IMG/VR virus record: IMGVR_UViG_2740892234_000018
Location: 1-29,602 of that record
Reading direction: 5' to 3' (one strand)
DNA length: 29,602 nucleotides
DNA from: a virus
Taxonomy: Duplodnaviria; Heunggongvirae; Uroviricota; Caudoviricetes
This document shows, piece by piece, positions 28,015-29,602 of this stretch. Every line of letters begins with the position of its first letter. The stretch's first letter is position 1. The position numbers were made by a program, and so were the translations under genes. The notes beneath the pieces are model-generated. The model was not told the origin of the DNA and did not search any database. It saw only the letters and a list, made by a program, of their open reading frames with translations.

Positions 28015-28024
28015 NNNNNNNNNN
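28015..28024. other. Run of 10 N (assembly gap)
   Basis: Ten N characters; about 120 nt before and after the gap are near-identical but not identical. Confidence 0.95.
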
Positions 28025-28025
28025 G

Positions 28026-28301
28026 TCGCCGGATGGAGAGTGTCAGAAGTGGAACGGCACATCCTGGGTGAAAGATGCAGAAGCAGAAAAACTGTTTCGG
28101 GTACAGGAGGCAGAAGAAACAAAAAACAGCCTGATGCAGGTAGCCAGTGAGCATATTGCGCCACTTCAGGATGCTGTAGATCTGGAAATCGCAACGGAGG
28201 AAGAAACCTCATTGCTGGAAGCCTGGAAAAAGTATCGGGTGTTGCTGAACCGTGTTGATACATCAACTGCACAGGATATTGAATGGCCAGCACTGCCGTA
28301 G
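28026..28301 (+). CDS. tfa: Tail fibre assembly protein, 3' fragment after gap
   Basis: In-frame continuation ...[72 protein letters not shown]... to a stop at 28301. Confidence 0.75.
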   Translation, partial: SPDGECQKWNGTSWVKDAEAEKLFRVQEAEETKNSLMQVASEHIAPLQDAVDLEIATEEETSLLEAWKKYRVLLNRVDTSTAQDIEWPALP

Positions 28302-28398
28302 GGTAAAACATATAAATTCTATAATTAGATGTATCTTTCCATTTACGGCAAGGAAGGGGGCTTGGAAGACGTAAAGCATCTCACACCAAGAGTATTTT

Positions 28399-28989
28399 TT
28401 ATATGTCAGGTGTCTGAAGTTTTGCTTTGGCTCTTAAAATGGTTTGCCGCGAGGTTTTGAATTCCCGGGCAATGGCACTTATACTTACACCTGACTTAAT
28501 CCGTTCGAATACCACCTGTTTCTGTTCTTCATTTAACACAGGTGGTCGACCAAAACGTTTCCCTGCGCCCCGGGCTCTTACTATCCCGGAATGAGTGCGT
28601 TCAAGTAAAAGGTCTCGTTCAAATTCAGCGACTGCTGAAATTACTTGCATCATCATTTTTCCTGTTGGACTGGTCAGGTCAATGCCCCCCAATGCTAAGC
28701 AATGCACTCTGATACCTGTTTCGGTCAGTTGTTCCACTGTTTTCCTGATATCCATTGCATTACAACCAAGGCGATCCAGTTTTGTCACAATCAATTGATC
28801 ACCACATTTCAGGCGAGCAAGCAACCGGTTAAAACCAGGACGCTCACTGGTTGCTGCTGAGCCGCTAATGTGTTCTTCGATTATTTGCTGAGGTTTGATT
28901 TTAAAACCTGCACTTTCGATTTCCCGGCGTTGATTTTCGGTGGTCTGATCCAGCGTTGATATCCGACAGTAAGCAAAAATTCGAGACAT
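28399..28989 (-). CDS. Serine recombinase (resolvase/invertase family)
   Basis: 196 aa; N-terminal catalytic block YCRISTLDQ (active-site Ser), [10 protein letters not shown], and a C-terminal HTH ([19 protein letters not shown]). Confidence 0.85.
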
Positions 28990-29368
28990 AGTGAGACTCT
29001 ATACGAAATTGGTGTACATATCATAATGCATATCCAAAAATTATTTCGCTTATTATTGTACATATTTGTATGTATACGTTCGAAAATAAACGAATTCGGA
29101 TGCAGTCCCGTAATTTTGGTGTAACCAAAAATCGATTTTTTGAAAAATGGCTTTAACTCGGTTTGTTTTTCGAACTCCGGGCGGACTCGAGGAAGACGAA
29201 TAATAGTGTTGTATGTTATTTCAACCAGATTTTAAGTTGTTTGGTCGTGGAAAAGTGGAGCAAAATGTTGTTAAAGTGGAAAAATGGTAAAAAAAGTAGG
29301 TTGTTGCGGAATAACGTAGTTGTTGATATTTTTTTTAATGCATTGAAAAATTATTTTTCAGGGGGGTA

Positions 29369-29602
29369 TTACACTTTACCATTTAAATTTTGGTTGTCTT
29401 TAAGAACTGATATCGCTGTTTGTAATAATTCTTTGTTATCCAGCCATGACTTTTTCTTTATGTTTCCTTCAATGTAATCAAGCAATGTTCTGGTATTGAT
29501 AGGTCTTCCCTGTTTTGCTACTTCCACGACAGCATCTCCCAGGATAATTCTGACTTCAGGAAGCTGCGCAGGGAACCACTTTAGGGTGTCTTTTGATTTC
29601 AT
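29369..29602 (-). CDS. Hypothetical small protein in AT-rich segment
   Basis: 77-aa ORF whose ATG is the last three bases of the window; AT-rich context, no recognisable motif. Confidence 0.4.
   Translation of the reverse strand: MKSKDTLKWFPAQLPEVRIILGDAVVEVAKQGRPINTRTLLDYIEGNIKKKSWLDNKELLQTAISVLKDNQNLNGKV

Noticed and set aside
24595-28024. CRISPR array or other biological meaning for the N runs and surrounding repeats
   Set aside because: The N runs are placeholders, and the repeats are coding tail-fibre repeats and paralogous tfa segments, not short spacer-interspersed direct repeats.
29163-29477. 104-aa ORF on the + strand in the AT-rich segment
   Set aside because: Phe/Asn/Lys-rich translation typical of random AT-rich DNA; no RBS; overlaps the more plausible minus-strand ORF 29369..29602.

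Overview
The window is almost entirely a P2-like (Peduovirus-type) temperate prophage of an enterobacterial host, entered at its integrase end; the attachment site lies outside the window. Gene order is P2-like: int, C repressor, cox, a run of small early ORFs, rolling-circle replication gene A, an accessory slot between A and cos, portal/terminase (Q, P), capsid genes (O, N, M, L), tail gene X, a lysis cassette (holin, M15-peptidase endolysin, spanins), tail completion (R, S), baseplate (V, W, J, I) and tail fibre H. The A-cos slot here carries a ParM/ParR-like type II partition cassette plus an orphan 135-aa gene. Downstream of H there is an inserted macrodomain gene, then tail-fibre and fibre-assembly modules that resemble lambdoid stf/tfa, broken by two 10-N gaps whose flanks are near-duplicates (probable assembly joins across repeats), and finally an AT-rich segment with a serine recombinase. 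The strongest candidates for something new are the partition-like cassette in the accessory slot, the macrodomain protein wedged between fibre and chaperone, and a GC-rich structured non-coding element in the early region. All protein calls were made by eye from motifs, gene order and recalled reference sequences; no database search was run.
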